Shown piece after piece: positions 12,167 to 24,200 of a DNA stretch of 64,000 nucleotides. The stretch is from Eledone cirrhosa. Its lineage: Eukaryota. The position numbers and the translations under genes are program-made. The stretch covers positions 44,640,001 through 44,704,000 of the forward strand of contig OZ024740.1 of the NCBI GenBank assembly GCA_964016885.1, in the 5' to 3' direction. Each line of letters starts with the position of its first letter. Within the stretch, counting starts at the first letter, position 1. The notes beneath the pieces were generated by a model. The model was given only the letters and a program-made list of their open reading frames with translations, did no database searches and was not told the origin of the DNA.

Positions 12167-15100
12167 TTACAGATATATACTCAGAGTCGGCCCATTCACT
12201 CGGGCCATTCTTGCTTCTCTCACCCATCTTTCAACAAAATGCTGGGAAGAGAGCACTTCCTTCTCTACTCTGATTTTCCTTTTCAAATGAAATTTGAAAA
12301 AGTCAATCAGAGCATCACCGAAGAGGTAAGTGCTCGTCTTCAGCCCTTTCAAACGTGTCCACCATACTATCTCTTTCGCCATGGCCACCAGACAGATAAA
12401 AACTGCCTGCCCTTCCCGGCTAAAGGAGGAGGGCGGGGCAATCCTCACGATGGACTCAGCTGATAGCCGGATCCGTCCTAAACGCGACAGCAGGTGTTCG
12501 ACATAAACCCACAAGTCAGCAATTTTCGGACACTGGACGAGTGCGTGCAGGACGGTTTCGTCGCCCTGCGCGCATTTCGGACATGCCCGGCTGACGGCAC
12601 CTCCATGCCTGTAGAGTTTATCCCGAACTGGCAAGGCTCCTCGGTAGCACTGCCAGGCCAGAGATTTCTGGAAGTTGTCCATAGGCCCTGGCCCGAAAGT
12701 TCTTCCGAAGAGATTGGCTAGTTGATTTTCGTCGACGCCTAGAGTTTCCCCAAGTACGTCGTCGCTCTTCCCCTCCACTAATCCTCTATAGAACGCCGAG
12801 GTGGTGTTTCCACCGATCACATTGCCCGATTGGTCGAGGGCTGTGAGCGCCTGAAGACATTCCAGTCTCCAGGCGCTCCCTCTCGGTCTTCGCTTGACCC
12901 AGGACTGCAGCTCCGTCAAGGAAACGAGCTGGGGAAACACGCGCCTAGCAAACGGCGACCACACCTGATCACCGTCGAGGAAGAGGTGGAGATGTCGTAG
13001 CCTGAGCGCGTGCCTGCGCATCATCAGCCACGGCATGCCCAGCCCTCCACGTAGCGAGTGTTGACAACAGATGGACCGCCTGACCATCGGAGCGCGTCCC
13101 TTCCACAAAAAGCGAAAGAGCAAACGCTCCAGCGCAGTCAGGCGAGGCTTAGGACAAGGTACGACGGTCAGGCGGTAGCAGATGACGGACGCAATGTACG
13201 TGTTAGCCACCTCCGCTCGATCTTTCAGGGATAGCTTCCTCTCAGCCCATTTCTGGGTGAGAGAAGCCACCCTGCTCGTCACCTCGTCCCAGTTTTTGTC
13301 CGTCTGGAGGTCCGGACCGAACCAGACCCCTAGCAATTTAACCGGTCCGTCCGTCCAGCGTCCGACGACGCTGTTGGACGGCATGGACCTGCCTCTCCAG
13401 GTGCCGAGCTGCAGGCCCACTGACTTTTCCTGGTTGATCATTGCTCCTGTCACCGCTTCGTATTCTCTTAGTGTAGTGCCGATCGCCTCGATGTGTTTGG
13501 CGTTCGACACCACTATGGTGACATCGTCCGCATATGCTGACACTGATCTTCCGCATCCTAGTTCGCGCGGGACTCCCCTCAACGTCTCCAGTTTGTGCAG
13601 TAATGGCTCGAGAGTCAATACGTACAAGAGGGACGAGAGGGGACATCCTTGGCGGACCGAGCGCATGATGTTGAACGGTTCTGACAGGTGACCGTTCACT
13701 CTCACCACAGAGCAGATGTCGCTGTGCATGGCAGCGATCCAGCCTCTGAAGACGGGCCCAAAGCCAGCCGCCCTCAGGACTGCCGCTAGGTAACGATGGT
13801 CGACCCTATCGAAAGCTTTCGACTGATCTAAATTGATCAAGGACCCACCCGTGCCAGGTTCCTTAGCTACCCTCTCTATGATGTATCGCATGAGGTGGAG
13901 GTTGTCGTGGATGGATCTGTCGGGAATGGCGCATGTCTGCGCCTCTCCCACCAGACCACCAACGACAAGCGCCAACCTCTTTGCTAGCACCTTGACCAAA
14001 ATCTTGAACTCTGTGTTTAGCAGAGTTATGGGCCGGAAATTGTCTATGTTATCCCCCTTGTTCGGATCCTTTCTCAGCAGTGCCACCGCTCCTCGGCTCA
14101 CAGAACTGGGAATTCTCCCGTTCTGTTGCCAGTTGCAGTAGACGTCCGCCAAGAGGCCTCCGAACAAGTCTGGCATCTGTACGTAAAGTTCATAGGGCAG
14201 ACCATCCAAACCAGGCGATTTACCCCTTGTGCAGCCAGTCATTGCCTCCCTTACTTCAGCGGCTGTTATCGACTTTTCGCAACACTCCGCCTCAGTGGCC
14301 GAGAGCCGCGGCAGTCCGTCGAGGTAGACCCTAAAGTCCATCCCTCTACCCGGCCCACCGCTTCCCCCGAACAGCTGAGCGAAGTGTCGCTGAAAAGCTT
14401 CACACATTTGCCCGGGATCGAGTAGCATGCGCCCGTCGTGGTCCACCAAAGACCGGATCGTGGCTTTGTTGCCACGACGCGCCTCCGCCACTCGGGCCCA
14501 TTGAACGGCTTTCGTCCCCTCGTGTCTGAGAGCACGCACCCTTGCTCTGACAACGCAGCCTTCGTGCTTTGCATTGAAGAATTGGTCAAGGGCCAATTTC
14601 GCCGCAAGCACGTCGGTCGCAATGCCTTTGCTAAGCGCCTCGTCTAATTTTCTAACTAGTTCTCCCTCTGCTCTATTTTTCTCTATTGCTAAAGCCTTAC
14701 TAAACCTAATCGATTCTATTCTAATCGCTCTTTTCAGAGCAAACCACCACTTGTTGTTGACGATGGCCCCCGTCAACGCCCGCTTAACTAGTTCGCTAAT
14801 CCGGTCTCTGTAGGCCTTGCGCGTTGGTAAGGACGCGTTTAGCTTCCAGTAGCCGGGTCCTCGTCTATGAAGCCTATCTAAGTCAAGCACACAGATCACG
14901 AATTTGTGGTCCGTGTAGCTGACTATCTTGAATTGTGGACAGCCTATGCTAGACCTATCTATTTCCCTACAAAATACTCTATCTAGATATGATCTGGATG
15001 ACCCTATGCGGTTTGTCCAAGTCCACATTGGCACATACGGGAAATCCAATCGGTACCTGTCAGACAGTTCAAAACGCCTGAGCAGGTTGGTGAGGCTCTT

Positions 15101-15586
15101 GCACCCTCCACCCCTATCCACTAATCCCACACAGTCCCAGCGTGCATCTAAGATCCCTTTCCAGTCTCCCACTAACACTAAAGAGCGGGACGTTCCAAGA
15201 AAGGTCTCCAGACGCCGGAAGAAATCAGGCCGCCCTGCTCCTGTCGGGGCATAGACGGCCACTAGCCTGAAAGCTTGCCCGTCTCCGCTGGTCACGTCCA
15301 GCACCACCAGCTTACCCTCTGGGTCCAGGAAGATGGCCCGTATGGCGAGATCCAAACCTCTCCGAAAAAGCACAGCAACTCCTCCACCCGATCCAGGACG
15401 GCTGGGAGATGCGTACACATCGTAGCCGCCGAAGATCGGTGCGAAGGCCCGTGCTTCGGAGATTCTGGTCTCGCTGATGGCCACTACATCTATGTTTAGT
15501 GACCTGAGGTCGTTGAGCAGGTGACCCTGCTTCCATGACGACCCCAAGCCACGCGCATTTATGCTGCCTATTCTGAGTGAGGTCAT
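12167..15586 (-). CDS. Tx1-type ORF2: APE endonuclease, reverse transcriptase, C-terminal CCHC zinc finger (1139 aa)
   Basis: SINARGL, ISETR, VYAP, GDWK, YLDRVF, TDH; GKSPGLDGLP, NFRPITLLN, LDQSKAFDRV, QGCPLS, YADD; CPKCAQGDETVLHALVQC. The ORF is uninterrupted. Confidence 0.95.
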   Translation of the reverse strand: MTSLRIGSINARGLGSSWKQGHLLNDLRSLNIDVVAISETRISEARAFAPIFGGYDVYASPSRPGSGGGVAVLFRRGLDLAIRAIFLDPEGKLVVLDVTSGDGQAFRLVAVYAPTGAGRPDFFRRLETFLGTSRSLVLVGDWKGILDARWDCVGLVDRGGGCKSLTNLLRRFELSDRYRLDFPYVPMWTWTNRIGSSRSYLDRVFCREIDRSSIGCPQFKIVSYTDHKFVICVLDLDRLHRRGPGYWKLNASLPTRKAYRDRISELVKRALTGAIVNNKWWFALKRAIRIESIRFSKALAIEKNRAEGELVRKLDEALSKGIATDVLAAKLALDQFFNAKHEGCVVRARVRALRHEGTKAVQWARVAEARRGNKATIRSLVDHDGRMLLDPGQMCEAFQRHFAQLFGGSGGPGRGMDFRVYLDGLPRLSATEAECCEKSITAAEVREAMTGCTRGKSPGLDGLPYELYVQMPDLFGGLLADVYCNWQQNGRIPSSVSRGAVALLRKDPNKGDNIDNFRPITLLNTEFKILVKVLAKRLALVVGGLVGEAQTCAIPDRSIHDNLHLMRYIIERVAKEPGTGGSLINLDQSKAFDRVDHRYLAAVLRAAGFGPVFRGWIAAMHSDICSVVRVNGHLSEPFNIMRSVRQGCPLSSLLYVLTLEPLLHKLETLRGVPRELGCGRSVSAYADDVTIVVSNAKHIEAIGTTLREYEAVTGAMINQEKSVGLQLGTWRGRSMPSNSVVGRWTDGPVKLLGVWFGPDLQTDKNWDEVTSRVASLTQKWAERKLSLKDRAEVANTYIASVICYRLTVVPCPKPRLTALERLLFRFLWKGRAPMVRRSICCQHSLRGGLGMPWLMMRRHALRLRHLHLFLDGDQVWSPFARRVFPQLVSLTELQSWVKRRPRGSAWRLECLQALTALDQSGNVIGGNTTSAFYRGLVEGKSDDVLGETLGVDENQLANLFGRTFGPGPMDNFQKSLAWQCYRGALPVRDKLYRHGGAVSRACPKCAQGDETVLHALVQCPKIADLWVYVEHLLSRLGRIRLSAESIVRIAPPSSFSREGQAVFICLVAMAKEIVWWTRLKGLKTSTYLFGDALIDFFKFHLKRKIRVEKEVLSSQHFVERWVREARMARVNGPTLSIYL

Positions 15587-15621
15587 GTTTAAAATAGAGT
15601 GGAAAAGATGGGAAAGACCAC

Positions 15622-17719
15622 TTACCGTACTTTTCGTAGAGGAGGGATGGTTTTTACATCCCTTTTCACTTGATCGTCTGGTGAAGGGACCGTTGAATCG
15701 TCCCTTCGGCTGGTCGTCGGCTCTTCTAAGAGAATGTCTGAATATACTCTTCGATTGATGGTTCCTCCTAGGTTCCTGAAATCACCAACTGCGTTGGGGA
15801 ATTTCGTTTTAATGTTTGTGTATTGTTTCTGTGCTATTTTTAGAAGTCTTATGTTAGTTGGCGTTTTGATTGGTGCTGGTATTATGTAGTCCTGTTGTGA
15901 AATGTCTGTGTGTTCAATTATGTAAGTCATTAGTTTCTTGTTGTGTGTATTTATTGCCGTGCATTTGTTTTTCTGGGGGTGGGGTGTGGTTCTGCTATTT
16001 TCTTGTCGTTGTTGCTGGGTGTGTGTGTTTTGTTGTTGTGTTTGCGATGTTGGTGCTTGTGGTGGTGGTGTTGAAGGTGTTGTTGGCGGTGGGGTTTTTC
16101 GCCGGTGGTGATGGTGGTGCTAGTGTGGGTGGTGATGGTGTTGGTGGTGTTGCTGCTGTGGGTCTCTTTGCAGTAGACTTTACCCTTTTCTCATTTCTTT
16201 CCTCCCTTTTCAAAGGCGACGATGCGCTGCTTCTGCGTTTGTGCCTTCTTGCGACCTTTTGCCATCCCTCTCCCACCTCACACTCCATGTCTGATTCTGT
16301 GAGGTCGGGGAGGGGTACCAGCTCCACTCTTTCACTTGTTGTTGTTGGTGATGTTTGCACTGGAGTCTCTGTTGCAGCTGCATTTGGTATTGCTGTTGTT
16401 GTTGTTAATATTTCCACTGCTGCTGCTGTTTTTGATTTCCGTGGAGTGGGTATGGGTGCCACGGACCTATCGTTCCTGGTTGCCGCTTGTCCTGTTGCTG
16501 GTAGCCGTGGAGCCGGATTCGGAAGGAGGGGGGTTTTCTCCTTTCTCAGGGTCTTCTCGTTGCAGAAGGCCCTGAGGTGAGTCTTCGATCCACAGCGAAA
16601 GCATTTCGGGCGTTTGCCCTCAACACTTATGGGCAGTTGAGTGCCGTTATCGAAGTCTATCACATCCGGGATAGCTTCGATGCACTCCTGGTTGGTTTGG
16701 ATTAGCATCTCAATGGAGGTGCCTACCCAATCTTCTCTTACTTTCTTCTGTACTTGCAGTACAGTTGTTTTGTCCTCGATTCCGACGAGGACAGACGCGG
16801 CCAGCCAAGAAGGGGCCATTCCGGGGGGGACGTGGGTCAGTTTGACCCTCACAATTTTTTGCCCGCAGTAGGAGGGCACCAACACCATTTCCTCGCTCCT
16901 TAGGGTCACTACTGATTGGGCCTTTGCCTCCTGGGGTGTGGCAAAAAGTACGTCTACGGTGGCATATTTTTTGCCTCGGGTGATGTGCGTTTTCCGCTGC
17001 CACACAGACCCCAAGGCTTTTTGTATTTGGGCCTCTGTGGCTCTTTCCACCCTACGGGATTTTGTACTTACTGTACGGTACGTGACCGTACAGTGCTCTT
17101 GGGTTTCGAAAAATTTTTCCGCTGCCTTGCAGATTGCTCGGTGTCCATTCTTTGTCACCATCTTCTTCGCTTCCTCTAATTCCTCATTTGTTATGAGGAT
17201 TGTTTCCAAATTTTTCGCAATACCTGCAAATGAGATTGGTTTTTCTCTGCTGCTGCTGTTGTTGTTGTCGTCAGAGCTGCTGGTACTTTTGTTGTTGCTG
17301 CAGGTACTACGACTACTGCCTCCGCCGCTGTTGCTGTGGTTGTTGTTGGTGTTGCTGCTGCTAATGCTGTTGTTGTTTATGGTGATGCTGTTGCGGCTGC
17401 TACTGTTGTTTTCATTGTCACTGTTGCTGTTGTTATTACGGCTGCTACTGCTATTATTCCTGACGTTAGACGAATGAACTGGGTTTTCGTATTTCCCGCA
17501 CACCTGTTTCGTCGCTGTCGTCGTCGTCGTGGAGAAACCTTGCACGCTTTGCACGAGACTTTTCTTTTCTTTCGTCACTTGCGAAAGAGAAGGGAGGGAG
17601 AGAGACACATTTAAAGAAGGGAGGGAGAGAGACAATCTTCTCTCTGCTGTAGTGATGATTGAGGAAGAAGAAGACGGAATGAGTGGGAGTGACGTATGAA
17701 ATTTCTTTTTCGTAGCCAT
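15622..17719 (-). CDS. Tx1-type ORF1, gag-like nucleic-acid-binding protein; probably one ORF split by a 1-nt frameshift at 16095-16099
   Basis: ORF 15995-17719 contains CFRCGSKTHLRAFC (CX2CX4HX4C) and GWQKVARRHKRR. The +1 frame from the A5 run is open into ORF 15622-15930. Confidence 0.8.
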
Positions 17720-17951
17720 GTTGTTTTTTGTTTAAAATGAATATTGGGTACAAAACCCCAATAACTGGCTATTTAACCCCGAAGGGCCAAATAACGGACA
17801 GAAAGACCCCTCTCACGAGGAGGAGGGTGTCTTTATCAACAATTTGGTTCAAGTTTTAAACAATTTACAATTGTTTTAGCGGTTAAAAATTACTATACCT
17901 TACAGAGCCGAGCCTCCGTCAACCATGGCATTCAATAATAATAATAATAAT

Positions 17952-19120
17952 GTGTCTATTATTAGGTACAGTGCGGGAATTCTGAAATGGAATGTTGCTG
18001 CACAAAAAGAAATGGATAGGAAGACTAGGAAGCTATTGACTATCTACAACATGTTCCACAAGAGGAGTGATGTCGATAGACTCTACTTAAGGAGATCTGA
18101 AGGTGGAAGGGGTCTTATCAGCATAGAGGATTGTGTTCAGATGGAGAAAAACAACCTACACAAATACGTGACTGACAGTAGGGAGCCAATGCTCAGAATT
18201 GTACTGAAGGAGAGGACAATAGACCATGGGATGTCCAAGGAGGAAATAACAACAAAGAGGAAGAGCAACCTTTATGAAAAATCCCTTCATAGTACCTTCT
18301 TTGAGAAAACTGAATTTAGAGATCCACAGACATGGAACTGGTTGAAAAGAGGAACCTTAAAAAGGCTACAGAAGGAATGCTAATGGCTGCGCAAGAGCAG
18401 GCCCTCAAAACGAAGTGGGTGAAACACCATATTTACAAGGAGGAGGCTAGCCCACTGTGTAGGATCTGTGGAGAGAGAGGAGACTGTGGCTCATATTGTA
18501 TCCGAGTGTAAACACCTAGCCCAGACTCACTATAAAGGCTGGAGACATGATGTGATGGGCAGGGTGATCCACTAGCACCTATGCAAAGTAATCAATTTAC
18601 CGCATTCTGAGAAGTGGTATGAGCATAAGCCAGAGTCGGTGATAGAAAACGATCAGGTGAAGGTGCTATGGGATTTTAGGATACAGACGGACAAGAAACT
18701 GGAACACAATAGACCTGACCTGGTGGTTTTGGACAAGGAAAAAAGGTTGTGCCTGATTGTGGATGTAGCCTGCCCATTTGTCACGAGAGTGCAAGAGAAG
18801 GAGAGGGAGAAAATTAACCGATACCAGGACTTAAAGTGGGAGGTAAAAAGGATTTGGAACTGCCATGAGGTCAAAGTGGTCCCGATTGTCATAGGCGCAC
18901 TAAGTACTATCTCAAAGAGTTTCCAAGGATGGTTAAAGAAAATTAGTCCAGCCCCGCTTTTTGGCACACTTCAAAAGGCATACTTGCTGGGAACAGCAAG
19001 AACCCTCCGATACGTCCTGAATATCCGAGGCTGCAGGTAGTGGCTTGATATTCATTTCAACAAACTTTCCAGTTAAATAACATCAATGACTGAGACTCAA
19101 AGAACAATAATAATAATAAT
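17952..19120 (+). mobile_element. R4/Dong-type RLE LINE, 3' fragment (family A)
   Basis: DVDRLYLRRSEGGRGL, AAQEQAL, CRICG..ETVAHIVSEC, RPDLVV..VDVACP..EKINRYQDL (restriction-like endonuclease). Starts and ends in (AAT)n. Confidence 0.88.
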
Positions 19121-19291
19121 AATTGTTTCTACTTTTGGCACAAGGCCAGCAATTATTTCAGTTCATTACTGGTACTTTAATTTATCGACCCGGTAAGGAT
19201 GAAAGGCAAAGTTAACCTCGACTGGATTTGAACTCAGATCATAAAGGGTTGTAACTATGGTGGAAAGCATGGCATCTCACCCTCTACCGAT
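19121..19291 (-). mobile_element. SINE family 1 copy, tail-to-tail with the R4 fragment in a shared AAT tract
   Basis: Homologous to 1571-1752. Confidence 0.8.
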
Positions 19292-19841
19292 TTAATAATA
19301 ATAACGAAGCTCCCCACAAGATTTGAAATAAATTGAACACCATCGACAAAACAATAATAAAAACACTTAGTAAACGAAGTGGAAACAATGGACGAATACC
19401 AAAGAAGCCTACAAAAAATAAATTGTACACGGATCGTCCTTATAACATAATTTTCTTCATTAAAATAACGGATCACATGTGTAAATAAAGAAACTGAATA
19501 TCAGCCGCATCACTACTCAGAATTTTAAATCAAAACAAAAAGAAAAACGATATATGTAAGGAACAAACTCTATTGATTATATTATACATACATGTATTAT
19601 AAACACAACGAAAAATGTACACAAAACAAACATGCAGATATACAGACGTTCGCTCTTTGAACTTAAAGAAAAAACTATTTGAAGAAGAGAAACAGTCGTA
19701 GATCGGACGACACGTTGCTTATTTCGAGGAGTAAGTTTTGTTTAATTTGGTATTCCCTAACACGAAAATTCGACAAATTAGTTTACCACTTATCTCTACA
19801 AATAATCTGACACTAGTTGTGAGACTGCATAAATATTTTTA

Positions 19842-19971
19842 GGCATACGTCAAAACGGTCGGTCGCAAAAGTGAAACTAATTTTTGACAATTACGTACAC
19901 GTTATAAGAGTTATTTAAATTTATATATATAAAATAAAGGAGCAAATAAGAGCATGATATGAAGTCAGGCA

Positions 19972-20006
<35 letters not shown>

Positions 20007-20316
20007 AAACGAATGTAAAAGAATATATGTAGAGCATAGATAAGGTTTCCTAGAATTTTACACACACACACATATATACACACACACGTGTATATATTAT
20101 AGTGTGTATGTGTGCATATATAAGTGTATATGTGTGTGTACTTTTACATTCGTTTACACACACACACACATATATACACACACACATGACTGACTTCATA
20201 TCATGCTCTTATTTGCTCCTTTATTTTATATATATAAATTTAAATAACTCTTATAACGTGTACGTAACTGTCAAAAATTAGTTTCACTTTTGCGACCGGC
20301 CGTTTTGACGTATGCC
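19842..20316. mobile_element. MITE / non-autonomous DNA transposon with ~180-bp terminal inverted repeats
   Basis: 19842-20021 (GGCATACGTCAAAACGG...) is the near-perfect reverse complement of 20141-20316. The flanks TTA and ATA suggest an imperfect 3-bp TSD; PIF/Harbinger-like assignment is tentative. Confidence 0.8.
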
Positions 20317-20356
20317 ATATTTTTATATATTTACCCATTACAATCGCTGTTTACAT

Positions 20357-20537
20357 ATTGCAGTATTGGTAGAGTGTCGGATGCCATGCTTTGGTGCATA
20401 AAGTTACGGCCCTTGCCATTCTGAGTTCAAATCCCGCCGAGGTTAACTTTGCCTTTCATCCTTATGGGGTCGATAAAATAAAGTACCAGTAATACACTGG
20501 TTAATTGCTGGCCTTGTGCCTAACGTAGAAACAATTA
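20357..20537 (+). mobile_element. SINE family 1 copy
   Basis: GAGTTCAAATCCCGCCGAGGTTAACTTTGCCTTTCATCC...AGAAACAATTATT. Confidence 0.85.
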
Positions 20538-21258
20538 TTTGAAGAAAAGAAACAGACAGTTTATTTCGGGGGATAAGTTCTGTTTAATCAAAAATACGAC
20601 TAATTATTATGCAATCTGTGGCTGAAGATGTGAAAGGTGCATATATATTTTTAAATATTTCCCCAATGCAATTTTCTTTTTTTACATTTTGATCGATTGT
20701 GGCTAAATTTCAGATTTTGAAGGGAAAATGGACAGTTGAAAGATCACTTCTCTCTCCCACCACCACATTCACAACCACTTCCTCACACATTCACACCAGT
20801 AAATCCCCAATCTATTTTTAGACCTCCCTTTTCAGTGTCTAATGTGTGAGTATATATATATATGTGTGCGTATATACATACGTGTGTATAAGTATGCACG
20901 TGTGAATGTATATTTATGTATGTGTATGGAGCCTACATAAAGGACAAAACAAAGGGGAAGAAAAAAAAAAGAATACTAGCACCCCATTTGCAACTCAAAC
21001 TCAAAATAGACAGAAAATAACACCGGAGAAGCAACTCCTATAAGCTTCAATGTCACCCTACCCATTACCACTCCCAGCACCTCCACTCCCAGCACCTCCA
21101 CCCCAGCATTAATCTCCCTGCCACCACCACCAACACCACTCACACCACAAGAACAGTTGAGAAAATTCTGGTATAACTCTTACAGCTGCAACCATAACAA
21201 TATCACCTCAATCAACAACAGCAATGACCATAACTATACTGTTATAATAGTAATAATG

Positions 21259-24200
21259 ATCTCAGTGCCAGCCAGCAAATGCACTACTCAAAGAGCCAGG
21301 TAACTTTCCATGTACGTCCAATACCATGCGTAACGCAAGCATGTGCTGCGAGATGAACAAATAAAAATTAATACACAATACCAAATCGCTTTTCCTATGG
21401 TTAATCAGGAAGCGCGTCCCACAGGAAGGTGCCAGCCTGAGATCGAAAAGTCACCCTCTGGCACAAACTCTTCTCCAATTATAGTCCTGGATGGTCACTT
21501 GATCGGGGATTGCCCCAACTCGAGCCCTCCAGATCCACCACCCAAACCACCTCAAAAAGAAAAACCTAAAAGGATGAAATGGACCCGAGAATGGATAAAG
21601 AAGTAATATATGCATATTACTATGCATTAGGTAAGCCTTCACAAGACAGCCACACTTTAAACTCCTACAAAATCTGGAAAACTCGGAATCAAGCTAGCAG
21701 ACGTGATATGGATGGAAATAAGTTGACAAATGTAAGGAGGTATGTCTTCAGAAATAATAGACTCACAGACACTGAACTAACTGCGATGAAGCAGGCTGTG
21801 GAGAATGACATAAATATAAATGATGAAAGAACTGAATAATCTCCTGGAGATAGTAACCAGTCACAAGTCTTTACTGAAAGACCTCCATCTGACCAAATTA
21901 CAAATAGGTTTGTAGAAATGAGAAGCCCTATTGAACCCGCTGAAAATAGCCAGGAGAGGGACTTAGAAACAGTAATTGAAAACCAAACATCTGCTGAAGA
22001 ACACAGGGAGACTATGAAGGAATTAAAGCAAAAAATACTGAATGAGCTTGCAGTAGTAAGACATTCTAGTATAAATGATAGAGAACCACTTCAAAAACTC
22101 CCAAATACAATCCAAAATAGAAAACAAATAATGATTGGTAATTCTGTGACAAAAGAAATCATAGAAGAACTAGAAATCATAGAAGAACTAGAATCATAGA
22201 AGAACTGAGTTAAATGAAATCATTTATGCATCTGCCAGAGTAATTGAAACAAGTTGTTTACCATAAAAAAAACAAAAAAAGTCGAACATTCGAGGTAAAC
22301 CAATTTGGAGAAATATCTTTATTGAGTGAGTTAACCGCTGGAAATGATATAAGATCCGAGAAGGTAAGAAAGCTAAAGAGAAAATATGGACTGTCTTCTA
22401 GAGAAGCAATAGTTTCAACAAAAGAATCTCTGAAACAAAATGTCCAAGTAAAAGCCCAACGAATTCGTAGATTCGAGAAGCGAAACAACTTCTACAGGCA
22501 AAATAAGTTGTTCTCATCCAATGCCAAGTCATTTTATAGAGAAGTAGGGAAGAAAAAAATAATTATTGAAGTTGAAAACTTTTGGAGTAAGATTTGGAGT
22601 GATGAGAAGACATATAATGCTAATGTAGATTGGATTAGTCACCTGGAAAAATCCTACACAAATTTAGAACAGGAGTGGGAAGACATCTCTATAGCGGACT
22701 TAAGGACAGCACTCAATAAATCTCATAAAGGGAAATCTCCTGGTAGAGACAGGGTGCCAAATTTCTGGCTTGCCTCACTCCCGTGCACTCACAATGTATT
22801 GGTCAAGCTGTTTAATGGAATTATGAAAGATCCCCAAAATACACCTGATTGGATAGCAAGTGGCATTACCTACCTTCTACCAAAGAACAACGAAACCAAA
22901 GATCAAAAAAACTATCGGCCCATAACCTGCTTGTCCACCACTTATAAACTATTAACCTCTATTCTCATGGAAAAAGCATACGTGTTTTTGGAGGAGAACA
23001 ATCTTTTCCCCATTGAACAAAAAGGGTGCCGACGAGTTTCATATGGTTGCAAAGATTAACATTTGATTAATCATATGATCCTTGAAAACTGTCATAATAA
23101 ACACAGAAATCTCAGTTCTGCATGGATCGATTATAAAAAAGCCTTTGACAGAATACCACACTCATGGATTCTGAAATCACTGGACATCTTCAAAATCTCA
23201 CCTGTGATCTCAAACTTCCTGAAACACAATATGTCATTATGGAACACAAATCTCCAATTGTCTCATTCCACTGGGGTACTGTGCGCTAGGAATATAAACA
23301 TCAACTGTGGTATATTCCAGGGTGACTCACTTTCACCCTTGTTTTTCTGCATAGCTTTAATACCCCTTACACCCGAGCTTAATAGAACAGAGTACGGTTA
23401 TAGAATTGACAACAAAAAAATAAGCCACCTATTTTATATGGATGATTTGAAGCTATATTGCAAAGATAATGACGAACTGGAAGGCCTTTTGCGGACAGTA
23501 AAAACGTTTAGCGATGACATCAGGATGGAGTTTGGACTTGACAAGTGTGCAAAAGCCACTTTCAAGAAGGGGAAGCTTGTCGCCTCAGACTCAGTTGAAT
23601 TGGATGCTGAAACAATCATAAAGGAAATTAGGGATTAATGAGGGCTCTGGCATACAGCATGCAAGTATGAAAGAGAGGATAAGGAAAGAATGTTACAGGA
23701 CAGTACGTGCAGTTCTGAGATCAGAACTAAACGCTCGTAACAAGGTGTTAGCCATAAATTTCTTGGCAGTCCCAGTTGTCACTTATAGCTTCGGTGTGTT
23801 GAACTGGAATATGAGTGAAATCAAAAGAATCGACACCAAAGTCCGTAAGCTACCTGTAATAGGATGCACCACCCAAAAGCAGACGTGGATCGTCTTTACC
23901 TTCCTAGAACTCAAGGAGGCCGTGGCCTGATCCAATTTGAACTTGCTTACAAGACCACCATCATTGGACTGGCCAAATACCTTGAACCCTTGAAACAACT
24001 AACGACTGTATGCTGAAACTTGTTGAAAAGCATGAGAGAAGTAAGAAGCTTCATTCTATCTTGAAGGAGAGCAAAAAATATGCTACTGATCTCATGCTTG
24101 ATACCCAGGCTGGACAGACAAAAGAAACTGTTGCAACTGATGCTGCTAGGCACATAAAATCACTGGCAAAAGCAAAAGGGCAAGGACAATTAGCATCACA

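Larger units (their letters stand above)
11904..17933 (-). mobile_element. Full-length Tx1-clade (L1 group) non-LTR retrotransposon inserted in (AAT)n
   Basis: Structure is 5'UTR, ORF1 with CCHC knuckle, ORF2 APE-RT-zinc finger and a 3'UTR ending AATAAAGAAATC(ATT)n. (AAT)n lies on both sides (11868-11903 and 17934-17951). GC and CpG content are far above the flanks. Confidence 0.92.

Noticed and set aside
9993-14813. Long antisense or alternate-frame ORFs over the RTE and Tx1 ORFs (e.g. 9993-10625, 13182-13691; also 15870-16580 and 16938-17477)
   Set aside because: Shadow ORFs of GC-richer or low-complexity coding sequence, with no independent motifs.
21259-21345. HDV-like ribozyme at the R4 element 5' end
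   Set aside because: I could not build the nested double pseudoknot by eye; a descriptor search is needed.
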